Origin: the human T2T-CHM13v2.0 reference genome, Homo sapiens
Length of the DNA: 64,000 nucleotides
Assembly: GCA_009914755.4 (NCBI GenBank)
Contig: CP086569.2
Span: 15,392,001-15,456,000 of the forward strand
Direction: 5' to 3'
Shown: piece after piece, positions 13,401 to 24,758 of the stretch
Numbering within the stretch: position 1 is the first letter of the stretch
Layout of the letters: every line of letters begins with the position of its first letter
Program-made: the position numbers and the translations under genes
Notes under the pieces: model-generated
Seen by the model: only the letters and a program-made list of their open reading frames with translations
Told to the model about the DNA's origin: nothing
The model's database searches: none

Positions 13401-14556
13401 ATGTATGTAGTTCAGGAAATTTGAAGTCCCTGGAATGGCATATTTCTGGACTCTCACACCATGCTCAGCACAGTGCCTTCCAGATATTAGGAGGATGTGC
13501 TCATCATGTGTTGATGTGGTGAACTGTAGAAAGATCAAGACTATTGAAGACAGCAAAACAATTCTCAGACAAAGTTAAGAAAATCTATTTTGCTTGATGC
13601 AGAAACTACAGACTTGATTGTTAAATTTCTCCTCTTCCTAATTTGACACCTTTTGGCAGGTTTATGAGCAGATTATGAATGTTTTACTCTGGTTCAGTCA
13701 TCTATGCTGTGTCTGAAAGAGATGTTGCAGCAATCCTGCAAACTGTGAAATAGCCAGCATATTTGTTCAACTTGCTCAATTTCTTTTTACTCTTCCTATC
13801 TGCTAAAGTTGTTTATTGTCATCTATGTCTATATCTATCCCTACATATGTGTTTGCATGCATACATAAATAATTTATTACAGCATATTGGCTCAAAAAAT
13901 ACAAATTTCATATGTCTTGGCTTCTGTGCATCAGTATTTGGAAAACAGTTGAATCCTCTGCATCATGTTTTTTTTAAATTTTTCATTTATTTATTTTTTT
14001 GCAAAATGCCAGCCAGGGCTCAGGTCTCATCTGAAGACTCCAGTGGGGAAGAACTCACTTTGAAGCTCACATCATTGTGGGTAGAATTTGGCTTCTCATG
14101 GGCTGCTAAACTGAGGGCTTTAGTTTCTCATTGACTGCTGGCCAAGGCCCAATATTAGTCCCTAAATATGTAGACTTTCTCAACATGAAAGTTTACCAGC
14201 ACCTATTATTATCACAGGGGCACCCCAGCATGTGTGGGGCAGGCCTTAGCCATCTCATGCAGTATTTGATACTCTTGTTTAAAGCCCTATGCATTCCACA
14301 TTGATTCTTTTTATGACAAAAATATTAAAATGAACAAAGACATCCTACAGTCATCATAATCACAAAATAGGTGTTTTTTTTTTCAAACATAAATCAACAA
14401 GGAAGAAGAATGGCTGGCAAGATGGAAGTCACAATCTTTATAAGCTAACCACAAAAGTGACATCCTTCAAATATTGAAGTATTGTATTGGTTAAAGGCAA
14501 GTTAATCCAGTAGAGGATAGATAAATATACAAACGTACAAAATATATGGTACACAA

Positions 14557-14852
14557 GCCTGGTGCGGTGGCTTATGCCTGTAATCTCAGCACGCTTTGGG
14601 AGGTTGAGATGGACAGATCCCTTGAGATTGGGAGTTCAAGACTAGCCTGGACAACGTGGTGCAACGCTATCTCTATTAAAAACACAAAAATTAGCTTGGT
14701 GTGATGGGATGCACCTGTAATCCCAGCTACTTGGGAATCTGAAGCATGAGAATCATTTGAACTCAGGAGGTAGAGGTTGCAGTAAGCTGATACCATGCCA
14801 CTGCACTCCAGCTTGGGGGACAGAGTGAGACCACATTTAAAACAAAAAAAAG
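14557..14852 (+). mobile_element. Alu SINE
   Basis: cctggtgcggtggcttatgcctgtaatctcagcacgctttgggaggttgagatgg... A-tail. Confidence 0.9.
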
Positions 14853-14949
14853 TATGTAATGTGTGGTACATAGTCTCTCTCTCTCTCTCTTTCACTCTTG
14901 CTCTCTCTTTTTCTCTACATGCATGTGAAAGTGTGTGTGCATTGTGTGT

Positions 14950-15240
14950 ATTTTTAGAATACGTCTTTCTCTGTTTCCAAAGGTGGAGTGCAGTGGTAGC
15001 ACAATGACAGCTGGCTACAGCCTTGAACTCCTGGACTCAGGCAATCCTCTTGCCTCAGCCTGCTGAGTATCTAGGTCTATTGGTTTGCACCGTTGCACCC
15101 ATCTAATGTTTTAATATTTTTAGAGATGGGGTCTCTCAGTATTGTCCAGGCTCTTCTCAAACTCCTGGCCTCAAGTGATCCTCCTGCCTCAGCTTCCCAA
15201 AAGTGTTGGGATTACAGGCATGAGCAACTGTGCCAGGACT
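14950..15240 (-). mobile_element. Alu SINE
   Basis: ggtggagtgcagtggtagcacaatgacagctggctacagccttgaactcctggactcaggcaatcctcttgcctcagcc...gggattacaggcatgagcaactgtgccagg. Confidence 0.9.
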
Positions 15241-15394
15241 GTAGTCTATATTCTTTATATATATATAAAATGATCTTTTATGAATTACATGTATTATCTA
15301 CATATATAATATACACTATATATGTTCGATACACACACACACACACACACAATATAATGCTTTTTTTCTTTTTTTTCTGTTTTCTTTTTTTTTT

Positions 15395-15625
15395 TTTTTA
15401 AGAGAAGCTCTGGTTCTGTTGCCCAGGCTAGAGGGTAGTGGTGCAATCTCAGCTCACTGCACTGCAACCTTCACCTCCTGGGTTCAAATGACTCTCCTAC
15501 CTCAGCCTCTCGAGTAGCTGGGATTACACATACCTGCCACCAAGCTCAGCTAATTTTTTTTTTTTTTTTGGATTTTTTGAGTCTCCCAGGGTGCTTGGTT
15601 TACAGGCATGAGCCTCTGCACCTGA
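15395..15625 (-). mobile_element. Alu SINE (truncated)
   Basis: poly-T, gctctggttctgttgcccaggctagagggtagtggtgcaatctcagctcactgcac...tacaggcatgagcctctgcacc. Confidence 0.85.
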
Positions 15626-16162
15626 GAATGCATATTTTCAAATAGGGTTTCCTGCAGCCACCTCAAAGACCGCGAGGATAGAATGGTCCGTCATCCCCCT
15701 CTATCAGTACACACACTTCATTTACAGCATCCATGCATGGTCTGTACCATAATTCCCAGATTTGTGTTGTTGTGGAAAAATAAAGATGAATTGCATTAAA
15801 AAAAATTGTATACCCTTGCCGTCTCCAGTATTATGTCTGCAAAGTTCACTTCATCAATTATTCTACTTTTATATATTAAAAATTTAATATTTTATTATCT
15901 TAAGGGCAGCACTGGATTAACAGAAGAATTCTGAAGACAGTAAGACAGTCACATACATATTATTGAGGGTACATACTATCAACATAACATCACTATTGAT
16001 GATGACCTTGCCCACGTGTTTGACGTAGTGTTTGCCAGGTGGCTCCACTGTGAAGTTACTCTATTGTCACTCTTTTCCAAACTGCAGGTAGAAAGTCACT
16101 ATGTCAGCCCACACTTAAGGAATGCAGATTAATGCACCCCTCCATGAGGGTGGACAATGCTA

Positions 16163-16579
16163 TTAGTGCATTCTTGCCTTGGTATAAAGAAATGCTTGAG
16201 ACTGGATAATTTATAAAGGAAAGAGGTTTAATTGGCTCTTAGTCCTGCAGGCTGTATGGGAAGCATGGCAGCATCTGCTTGGCTTTTTAGGAGGCCTCAG
16301 AAAACTTACAATCATGGTGGCAGGCGACTGGGAAGCTAGGTGTCTCACATGGCCAGCACGGGAGGAAGAGAGAGAGAGAGAGGAGGTGCCACATGCTTTT
16401 AAAAAACCAGAGCTAGTGAGAACTCACCCACTATACAGTACTAAGAGGGGAAGGTGCTAAACTCTACATGAGAACCCTGTATCCATGATCCAATCACCTC
16501 AGGCCTCACCTCAAACCCTGAGGATTACAATTCAGCATGATATTTGGGAAGGCACACAGATCCATGCCATATCACAATA
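16163..16579 (-). mobile_element. MaLR LTR (THE1/MST-type)
   Basis: ggataatttataaaggaaagaggtttaattggctcttagtcctgcaggctgtatgggaagcatggc...cttacaatcatggtggcaggcg...ggattacaattcagcatgatatttgg...ccatatca is the reverse complement of the THE1/MST consensus. Confidence 0.75.
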
Positions 16580-17236
16580 TCTGAATAAATTATTTGGAAT
16601 GATTTATCTATTACCCCTCATAAATTATTTATATTATCAATCATTTGTGTATATCAATATTGAACTCATAAAGCATTTTTTATTCTTTGGGTTATAATAA
16701 AATAATGCTTTATTTACTCAACTGCTCAAAGGGCTACAACTGTGGGCGTTGGGAGTTCTTTTGGTTGGCTTTTCTGTTCCTCTGTCCTTTGATATATTCT
16801 TATCGTTACATTTTGTTTGTCTTTGCTTTTTGTCTGTTTTAGCACATTTTTACTTTCTGTAAGTACATGATGCTCCAGGCTCATCTTGGATATTTCCTGC
16901 ACAAGTCCTAGAATCATTGATTTCTGTATTAAATCCCTGGGTTCTTTTATTGGAGAATAGTATTAGAAATCAAAGTCAGAGCATTAGGTGTGCTTATTGG
17001 TACTTAGACTTTGTGGCTTTTAGATTCCACCAATTGTTTATAATTATCATTATCATTCCATTATCATCAAGTGCCAGGAAAAATACAGCATAATAATAGC
17101 ATGACTCTGTGGTTTTGTGCATTTCATGTAGGTTTTATTCCTATAATATTATTGGCAAGCACTAACCAATAGTTAAATTTTAATCACCTATTAGCCAGTC
17201 TTTAATAATGTATGACAGGGTGTTAGATAGATTGTT

Positions 17237-17585
17237 TGATATGATTTGGCTGTGTCCCCACCCAAAAGTCATCTTGAATTGTAGCTCCCATAATTCCCAC
17301 ACATCATGGGGGGACACTGTGGGAGGTAATTGAATCATGGTAGGTCTTTCCCATGTTGTTCTTGTGACAGTGAATAAGTCTCATGAGATCTGATGATTTT
17401 ATAAAGGGGAGTACCCTTGAACAAGCCCTCTTGTAAGAAGTCCCCTTTGTTCTTCCTTCATCTTCTGCCATGACTGTGAGGCCTCCCGAGCCATGTGGAA
17501 CTGTGAGTCCATCAAACCTCTTTCCTTTACAAATTACTCAGTCTTGAATATGTCTTTATTAGCAGCATGAGAACAGACTAATAGA
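17237..17585 (+). mobile_element. MaLR LTR (THE1/MST-type)
   Basis: tgatatgatttggctgtgtccccacccaaaagtcatcttgaattgtagctcccataattcccacac...gtggaactgtgagtccatcaaacctctttcctttacaaattactcagtcttgaatatgtctttattagcagcatgagaacagactaatag. Confidence 0.8.
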
Positions 17586-18721
17586 CTGATTTTATAGGTA
17601 CTGTATCTCCCCCAAATTATTGCAAATGATTCTGTGTCTTTTTTCCCAACAAAATGAACTAGATCTGGTTGAAGTGGATACTTGGCATTTTAGATTGATT
17701 ATTTTAAAAATCCACTGTAATTAGTCTGATTAAGGATAAAGTTCTAGCACTGTTCTGCCAATGTGTATTTATGTAGTTTCACTAAAGCCCAGTGGTGCAA
17801 GCAACGGAGAGAGTGATGAGTGGGCATTCTAATTGGCTCTCATGGCAATGAGCGCAAACTCATGTCAGGGGATGACAAAATGTATGGCTAAACCTAAGGA
17901 TGAGCTCCGAAATTTGAAGTTAATTCTCAGTGAGTCACTGGAATCAGCCCAGAGACAAGGTGTCTCAAAGCAAGAAAAAGTATTGCAGTGCAGAAGGTGA
18001 GAAAAGCTGCCTTGGGGAAATTTAGACTTATCCAAGAAGCTGGGCATAATGGCTGTGCTCAGAATGCCTCTCCACACAAAGTTTGTACACTGAAATAGAA
18101 TTCCCCATATGATATTAAGAGGTAGGCCCTTTAGAAGGTGATAATTTATCTTATGAATGGGATTGGTGCCTGCACCAAAGAGGCTTTCAGTATCCCTTTG
18201 TCTCTTCTGCCATGTGAGTACACACAGCAGCCATCATCTTTGAAGGAGAGAACCCTCCCCATGTGCTCAATATGCTTGTGCCTTGATCTTGGACAACTAG
18301 GCTTCAATAAATTGCCGTGGTTTATAAATTACTCAGCCTAAGGCAAGCTGTAATAGGAGCCCAAATGGACTAAGAGAGTGGCTTATTGGACATATGGAAA
18401 TATTTTCTCATTAACCAAGAATGGAAAGTCCACAGCAAGTTAAATACGTAAGGAAGCAGGTCGTCATTGACCTCAGCCAGATATATTTTTACTTTTATCT
18501 ACAGTCAGTGAGTCAATAAATGTAGGTGACCACAGATCTATCTGCTCAAATTTGATCCTGAAGATGGATGTATGGAGTTACATTAGGTGTGGGGAAAGAA
18601 GGGTCATACTGAAAACCAGCTCCTGATACAAGGTCAATTGGAAGCAGAGTTGGTGTGAAAGATTCTGGGGTATGTGGCATAAATGGGTTTGCCAGATAAA
18701 AGTCTACAATGCCAAGTTACA

Positions 18722-19022
18722 TTTTTTTTTTTCCTTTTAGACTGAGTCTCACTCTTCACCCAGGCTGTCATGCAATGGTGTAATCTGAGATCACTGAAAC
18801 TTCCACTTCCCAAGTTCAAGTGATCCTCCCACCCCAGCCTCAGCACAAGTAGCTGAGACTACAGGAGCACATTACAACACCTAGCTAATTTTTGTATTTT
18901 TGGTAGAGACAGGGTTTTGCCATGTTGGCTTGGCTGCTCTCAACCTCCTGACTTCAAGTGATCCACCTGCCTTGGCCTCCCAAAATGCTAGGATTACAGG
19001 GGTGAGCCATTGCGTCCAACCC
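18722..19022 (-). mobile_element. Alu SINE
   Basis: poly-T, agactgagtctcactcttcacccaggctgtcatgcaatggtgtaatctgagatcactgaaac...ggattacaggggtgagccattgcgtccaacc. Confidence 0.9.
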
Positions 19023-19364
19023 CTAGTTGCATTTGAATTTGAGGTAAACAAAGAAAAAATATGGCATAATTGTATCTCAAATATTGCACGAAATATAATT
19101 TCACTAAAGTTTTGTTATTATGAGTCCTGTATTTTTAGCTGTTAAATCTGGCAAACTTCGGCCCAGATGTCTGTGCTAACATCTGGTCCATCTATCACTT
19201 AGATAGATAATTGTGTGGTTATATGCTGTCTACTCATGTGGTTATAAGCTGACCACTCCACTACTCCCAGAGAGCTTCCTTACATAGGTTTCCTATGACA
19301 AAGCCCCTGTCTTAATACCGCTCATCTTCTCGAAGATGCATTTTAAAAAATACATTAAATGTGG

Positions 19365-19505
19365 ATTAATATTAATATATTAATTTAATTATATATTATA
19401 TATTAATTTAATTACATATTTTTAAATTAATTTAATTATATATTATATATTAATTTAATTATATTGATAATATCAATATATTAATATATTAATATTAATA
19501 TTAAT
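19365..19505. repeat. AT-rich tandem repeat/minisatellite; motif tattaatttaattatatat(tatata) repeated ~4 times
   Basis: Seen directly: ...tattaatttaattatatattatatattaatttaattacatatttttaaattaatttaattatatattatatattaatttaattatattgataatatcaatatattaatatattaatattaatattaat. Confidence 0.85.
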
Positions 19506-19639
19506 CCACCTTACATATTACTTCCTGTGCAAGTAACATAAACCCAGTTAAATAAGCTTAATCAAAAGAAAACAGAAAAGGAAATTTGTTGGAGGACACA
19601 GAATATCTCAGAGGTTCCAAGGGCAGTTTATCAAAATGA

Positions 19640-20060
19640 ATACTGTCCACTAAAAATTCATGTCTACATAGAACCTGGGAATGTGACCTTATTTGGAAAC
19701 AGGGGCTTTGCAGATGTGATTAAGGTAAGGATGAAGATGAGATCATACCAGATTAAGGTGGGTCTTCAACCTAATGAGAGTATCCTTACAAAAGACAGAA
19801 AAAGACACATGAAGACACATACAGAGGAGAAGGCAATGCGGAGATGGAGGCAGAGACTGGAATGATGCCGTCACAAGCCCAGAGGTGCCTGGGGCCACCA
19901 GGAGCTGGGACAGAGAAGAAGGATCGTCCTCTAGAGCCTCCAGAGGGAGAAGAGCCAGGCAGACACCTTGATTTCAGATATCTCGCTTGAGAACATCTTT
20001 GGTTTAAGCTGCCTAGTTTAAGGTAAAGTGTTACAGCAGGTCTAGGAAATGCATACAGGT
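19640..20060 (+). mobile_element. MLT1-type MaLR LTR
   Basis: gaatgtgaccttatttggaaacaggggctttgcagatgtgattaaggtaaggatgaagatgagatcataccagattaaggtgggtcttcaacctaatgagagtatccttacaaaagacagaaaaagacacatgaagacacatacagaggagaaggcaatg...gacaccttgatttcagatatctcgcttgagaacatctttggtttaagctgcctagtttaagg matches the MLT1 consensus. Confidence 0.7.
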
Positions 20061-20073
20061 AAGAATGTGATGG

Positions 20074-20120
20074 GGCTGGGTGTGGTAGTGCACTTCTGTT
20101 ACTTTAGCACTTTAGGGGGG
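20074..20120 (+). mobile_element. Alu 5' fragment; left flank of the HERV9 insertion
   Basis: ggctgggtgtggtagtgcacttctgttactttagcactttagggggg resembles Alu positions 1-45. Alu sequence resumes at 28552 (cctgtgaggtcaggagtttgggaccagcctgggcaa). Confidence 0.6.
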
Positions 20121-21395
20121 TTGAAAAGCTGGAGGTTCCTGTTAGAGGTGACGGTGTGCTGGCAGTCCTCACAGCCCTCGGTCGCTCTTGGCACCTCCTC
20201 TGCCTGGCTCCCACTTTGTTGGCACTTGAGGAGCCTTTCTGGGCTGGCCAAGGCCACAGCCCTCTCCCTTAGCTTGCAGGGATGTGTGGAGGGAGAGGTG
20301 GGAGCTGGAACAGGGGCTGTGCACCAGCTGAAGTTTCCGGTGGGCGTGGGCTTGGTGGGCCCAGCACTGGCAGTGGCCGGCTGGCCCTACCGGCCCGGGC
20401 AGTGAGGGACTTAGCACTCGGGCAAGCGGCTGTGGAGAGTGTACTGGGTTCCCCAGCAGTGCCAGCCCACCAGTGCTGTGCTCAATTTCTCACTGGGCCT
20501 TAGCTGCCTTCCCACGGGGCAGGGCTCAGGACCTGCAGCCCACCATGCCTGAGCCTCCCATCCCCTCCATGGGCTCCTGTGCAGCCCGAGCCTCCCCGAC
20601 TAGTGCCACCCCCTGCTCCAGGGCACCCAGTCCCACTGACCACCCAACAGCTGCGAAGTGCAGGCGCATGGCGCGGTACTGGCAGGCAGCTCCACCTGCA
20701 GCCCTGGTGCTGGATCAACTGGGTGAAGCCAGCTGGGCTCCTGAGTCTGGTGGGGCCTTGGAGAACCTTTATGTCTAGCTCAGGGATTGTAAGTACACCA
20801 ATCGGCACTCTATATCTAGCTCAAGGTTTGTAAACACACCAATCAGCACCCTGTGTCTAGCTCAGGGTTTGTGAGTGCACCAATCAACACTCTGTGTCTA
20901 ACTACTCTGGTGGGGCCTTGGAGAACCTTTATGTCGACACTCTGTATCTAGCTAATCTGGTGGGGAAGTGGAGAACCTTTGTGTCTAGCTCAGGGACTGC
21001 AAACGCACCAATCAGCACCCTGTCAAAGCAGACCACTGGGCTCTACCAATCGGCAGGATGTGGGTGGGGCCAGGTAAGAGGATAAAAGCAGGCTGCCTGA
21101 GCCAGCAGTGGCAACGCAGTTGGGTCCCCTTCCACACTGTGGAAGCTTTGTTCCTTTGCTCCTTGCAATAAATCTTGCTACTGCTCACTCTTTGGGTCCA
21201 CACTGCTTTTATGAGCTGTAACCCTCACTGCGAAGGTCTTTAGCTTCACTCCTGAAGCCAGCAAGAACACGAGCCCACCAGGAGGAATGAACAACTCTGG
21301 ACACGCCACCTTTAAGAACTGTGACACTCACTGTGAGGGTCCACGGCTTCATTCTTGAAGTCAGTGAGACCAAGAACCCACCAATTCCGGACACA
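20121..21395 (+). mobile_element. 5' LTR (LTR12-type) of the HERV9 provirus
   Basis: Direct repeat of 27226-28551. Ends ...cttgaagtcagtgagaccaagaacccaccaattccggacaca and is immediately followed by the TGG primer-binding site. Contains TATA-like gataaaagcagg (21081) and AATAAA (21167-21172). Confidence 0.8.
20740..21000 (+). promoter_or_regulatory. U3 tandem ~40-bp repeats carrying CCAAT (ccaatc) boxes; candidate LTR12 enhancer/promoter
   Basis: Repeated unit caccaatc(a/g)gcaccctgtgtctagctcagggtttgt(a/g)a seen 5-6 times. ERV9 LTR U3 repeats with CCAAT/NF-Y sites are established knowledge. Confidence 0.65.
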
Positions 21396-21398
21396 TTT

Positions 21399-21416
21399 TG
21401 GTGACCCAGATGGGAC
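21399..21416 (+). other. Primer-binding site TGGTGACCCAGATGGGAC
   Basis: An 18-mer starting TGG lies 3 nt after the LTR terminal CA. It resembles both tRNA-Arg and tRNA-Trp complements from memory, so the tRNA assignment is uncertain. Confidence 0.5.
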
Positions 21417-22476
21417 TTTCGCCTATCGCCAAGCAGTGAGACAATCACCTATCGCCAAGCAGTGAGTACCATTGGACCCCTTTCGCTTGCTATTCTGTCC
21501 TATTTTTCCTTAGAATTTGGGGGCTAAATACCGGGCACCTGTCGGCCAGTTAAAAGCGACTAGCACGGCCGCCAGACTAAAGACACGGGTGTCAGGCTTT
21601 CTGGGAAAGGGCTCTCTAACAACCCCTGACTCTTCAGAGTTGGGACCGTTGGTTTGCCTAGAACCAGATTCCACTTTTCCTGTACTTCTGAGCTGAGCCA
21701 AGGGTCAAAAGAGAGGGAAGCCATGCAGCTCCAGGGTCCTGACAAGTTGGTTGACCCTTGGGTCATGAGAGGAACTCTCAAAGGCATGTGGCCTAAGTGA
21801 GACTTGCCCATCTATCCTATCTATCCTGACCCTTGCCCCCCGGGTCCTAATGCCTGCCAGATAAACTTACTCTCATCTCTCTTCTCTGAGGTTAGACCCA
21901 CTTCTAAAAATTCCTACCTGTCTCTGGTGTTTTCTAGTTTCTCCTATAAGAATGATTTCTAGTATAAACTCCAGGACTCTGTCCCTTCTTTAGGCACCCG
22001 GGCTAACCAATCAGAAAGACAGAATTTTTGCCCAAAGCCCCATCATAGTGGGGACTACTTGGAATTTTAGGATCCCTCCTCAGACTAACAGACCTAACAA
22101 AATCTGTTCCTGAAGCTAGGATATGAGGAGCCTCAGAAATTGTATCCTTCCTATTCATATGCGTGAGGACAAAAGGAAGCACTCCTCCGACTCTGGAGAT
22201 CCCTTCCCTCCCTCAGGGTATGGCCCTCCACTTCATTTTGGGGGCATAACTTCTTTATACCACAGGGGTAAAGTCCCAATACTAACAGGAGAATGTTTAG
22301 GACTCTAACAGGTTTTTGAGAATGTGTTGGTAAGGGCCACTAAATCTGATTTTTCTCGGTTGGTCCTCCTTGTGGTCTTGGAGGACAGGCAAGGGTGCAC
22401 ATTTTCAAGAATGCGTCAGTAAGGACCACTAAATCAGACCTTCCTCAGTCCTCCCTGTGGTCTGGGAGGAAAACTA

Positions 22477-22635
22477 GTGTTTCTGCTGCTGCGTCGGTGA
22501 GCACAACTATTCTGATCAGCAGGGTCCAGGGACCGTTGAGGGTTCTTGGGCAGGGGTTGTTTCTGCTGCTGCGTCAGTGAGTGCAACTGTTCTGATCAGC
22601 AGGGTCCAGGGACTGTTGCGTGTTCTTGGGCAGGG
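22477..22635 (+). repeat. ~79-bp tandem duplication (2 copies) in the proviral leader
   Basis: gtttctgctgctgcgtcggtgagcacaactattctgatcagcagggtccagggaccgttgagggttcttgggcagggg is repeated with ~92% identity; a second ~70-bp duplication lies at 22326-22480. Confidence 0.85.
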
Positions 22636-22680
22636 AGAGAAACAAAACAAACCAAAACCATGGGCGGTTTTGTCTTTCAG

Positions 22681-24181
22681 ATGGGAAACACTCAGGCATC
22701 AACAGGCTCACCTTGAAATGCATCCTAAGCCATTGGGACCAATTTGACCCACAAACCCTGAAAAAGAGGTGGCTCATTTATTTCTGCACTATGGCTTGGC
22801 CCCAATATTCTCTTTCTGATGGGGAAATATGGCCACCTGAGGGAAGTACAAATTACAATATTATCCTGCAGCTTGACCTTTTCTGTAAAAGGGAAGGCAA
22901 ATGGAGTGAAATACCTTATGTCCAAGCTTTCTTTTCATTGAGAGAGAATACACAACTATGCAAACCTTGCAATTTACATCCCACAGGAGGACCTCTCAGC
23001 TTACCCCCATATCATAGCCTCCCTATAGCTCCCCTTCCTATTAATGATACTCCTCCTCTAATCTCCCCTGCCCAGAAGGAAATAAGCAAAGAAATCTCTA
23101 AAGGTCCACAAACCCCCCTGGATAATTTGTTATGTCCCCTTCAAGCTGTAGGGGGAAGGGAATTTGGCCCAACCTGGGTACCTGTCCCCTTCTCCCTCTC
23201 TGACTTAAAACAGATCAAGGCAGACCTCGGGAAGTTTTCAGATGATCGTGATAGGTACATAGATGTCCTACAGGGTCTAGGGCAATCCTTTGACCTTGCT
23301 TAGAGAGTTGCGATACTACTGTTAGATCAAATCCTGGCCTTTAATGAAAAGAATGCGGCTTTAGCTGCAGCGCGAGAGTTGGGAGGTACCTGGTATCTTA
23401 GTCAAGTAAATGATAGAATGACAGCAGAAGAAAGGGACAGATTCCCTCCTGGTCAGCAAGCCATCCCCAGTATGGATCCCCACTGGGACCTTGACTCAGA
23501 TCATGGGGACTGGAGTCATAAACATCTGTTGACCTGTTTTAGAAGGACTAAGAAGAATTAGAAAAAAGCCCATGAATTATTCAATGATATCCACCATAAC
23601 TCAGGGAAAGGAAGAAAATCCTTCTGCCTTCCTTGAGCGGCTACGAGAGGCCTTAAGAAAATATACTCCCCTGTCACCCAAATCACTGGAGGGTCAATTG
23701 ATTCTAAAAGATAAGTTTATTACCCAATCAACTGCAGATATCAGGAGAAAGCTCCAAAAGCAAGCCCTGGGCCCTGAACAAAATCTAGAGACATTATTAA
23801 ACCTGGCAACCTTCGTGTTCTATAATAGGGACCAAGAGGAACAGGCCCAAAAGGAAAAGCAAGATCAGAGAAAGGCTGCAGCCTTAGTTATGGCCCTCAG
23901 ACAAACAAATATTGATGGTTCAGAGAGGACAGAAACAGAGCAGGCCAATCACCTGGAAGGGCTTCTTATCAGTGTGGTTTACTAGGACACTTAAAAAAAG
24001 ATTGTCCAATGAGAAACAAGCTGCCCCCTTGTCCATGTCCACTATGAAGAGGCAATCACTGGAAGGTGCACTGCCCCAGAGGACGAAGGTTCCCTGGGTC
24101 AGAAGCCCCCAACCAGATGATCCAACAACAGGACTGAGGGTGCCTGGGGCAAGTGCCAGCTCATGTCATCACCGTCACTGA
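22681..24181 (+). pseudogene. gag: HERV9 gag (MA-CA-NC), disrupted by frameshifts/stops
   Basis: ATG at 22681 gives MGNTQAST, then shifts frame into MA-like ...[32 protein letters not shown]. Also LPPY (PPxY-like) near 22995, CA MHR-like QGKEENPSAFLERLREALRKYTP, and NC knuckle SYQCGLLGHLKKDCP whose first Cys is now Ser. Confidence 0.8.
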
Positions 24182-24752
24182 GCCCCGGGTATGTTTAACT
24201 AGTGAGGGCCAGGAAATTGACTTCCTCTTGGACACTGGCGCGGCCTTCTCAGTGTTAATCTCCTGTCCTGGATGACTGTCCTCAAGGTCCATTACCATCT
24301 GAGCAATCCTGAGACAGCCTGTAACCAGGAATTTTTCCCACCTTCTCAGTTGTAATTGGGAGACTTTGCTCTTTTCGTATGCATTTCTTGTAGTGTCTGA
24401 AAGTCCCACACCCTTATTAGGGAGGGATATATTAGCCAAGGCTGAAGCTATTATCTACATGAATATGGGGAACAAGTTACCCATTTGTTGTCCTCTACTT
24501 GAGGAGGGAATCAACCCTCAAGTATGGACATTGGAAGGACAATTTGGAAGGACAAAAAATGCCCACCCAGTCCAAATCAGGTTAAAAGAGCCCACCACTT
24601 TTCCTTATCAAAGGCAAGATCCCTTAAGGCCTGAAGCTCATAACAGATTACAGAATATTGTTAAACATTTGAAAGCTCAAGGCTTAGTGAGGAAATGCAG
24701 CAGTCCCTGCAACACCCCAATTCTAGGAGTACAAAAACCGAATGGTCAGTGA
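24182..24752 (+). pseudogene. pro: HERV9 pro (retroviral aspartic protease), disrupted
   Basis: FLLDTGAAFSVL active site at 24231-24245; ...LLGRDILAKAEAIIY. Confidence 0.8.
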
Positions 24753-24758
24753 AGACTA

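Noticed and set aside
12833-13424. Overlapping 175-aa (minus) and 125-aa (plus) ORFs
   Set aside because: They lie on opposite strands of the same palindromic interspersed repeat and T-rich tract (FLFCFFFGFVFF…). They are symmetric artefacts, not genes.
22620-23303. 227-aa ORF as a standalone host gene
   Set aside because: It is the MA/p12 part of HERV9 gag, entered by a frameshift from the true ATG at 22681 (MGNTQAST…). The ORF-track start at 22620 is a GTG in leader sequence.
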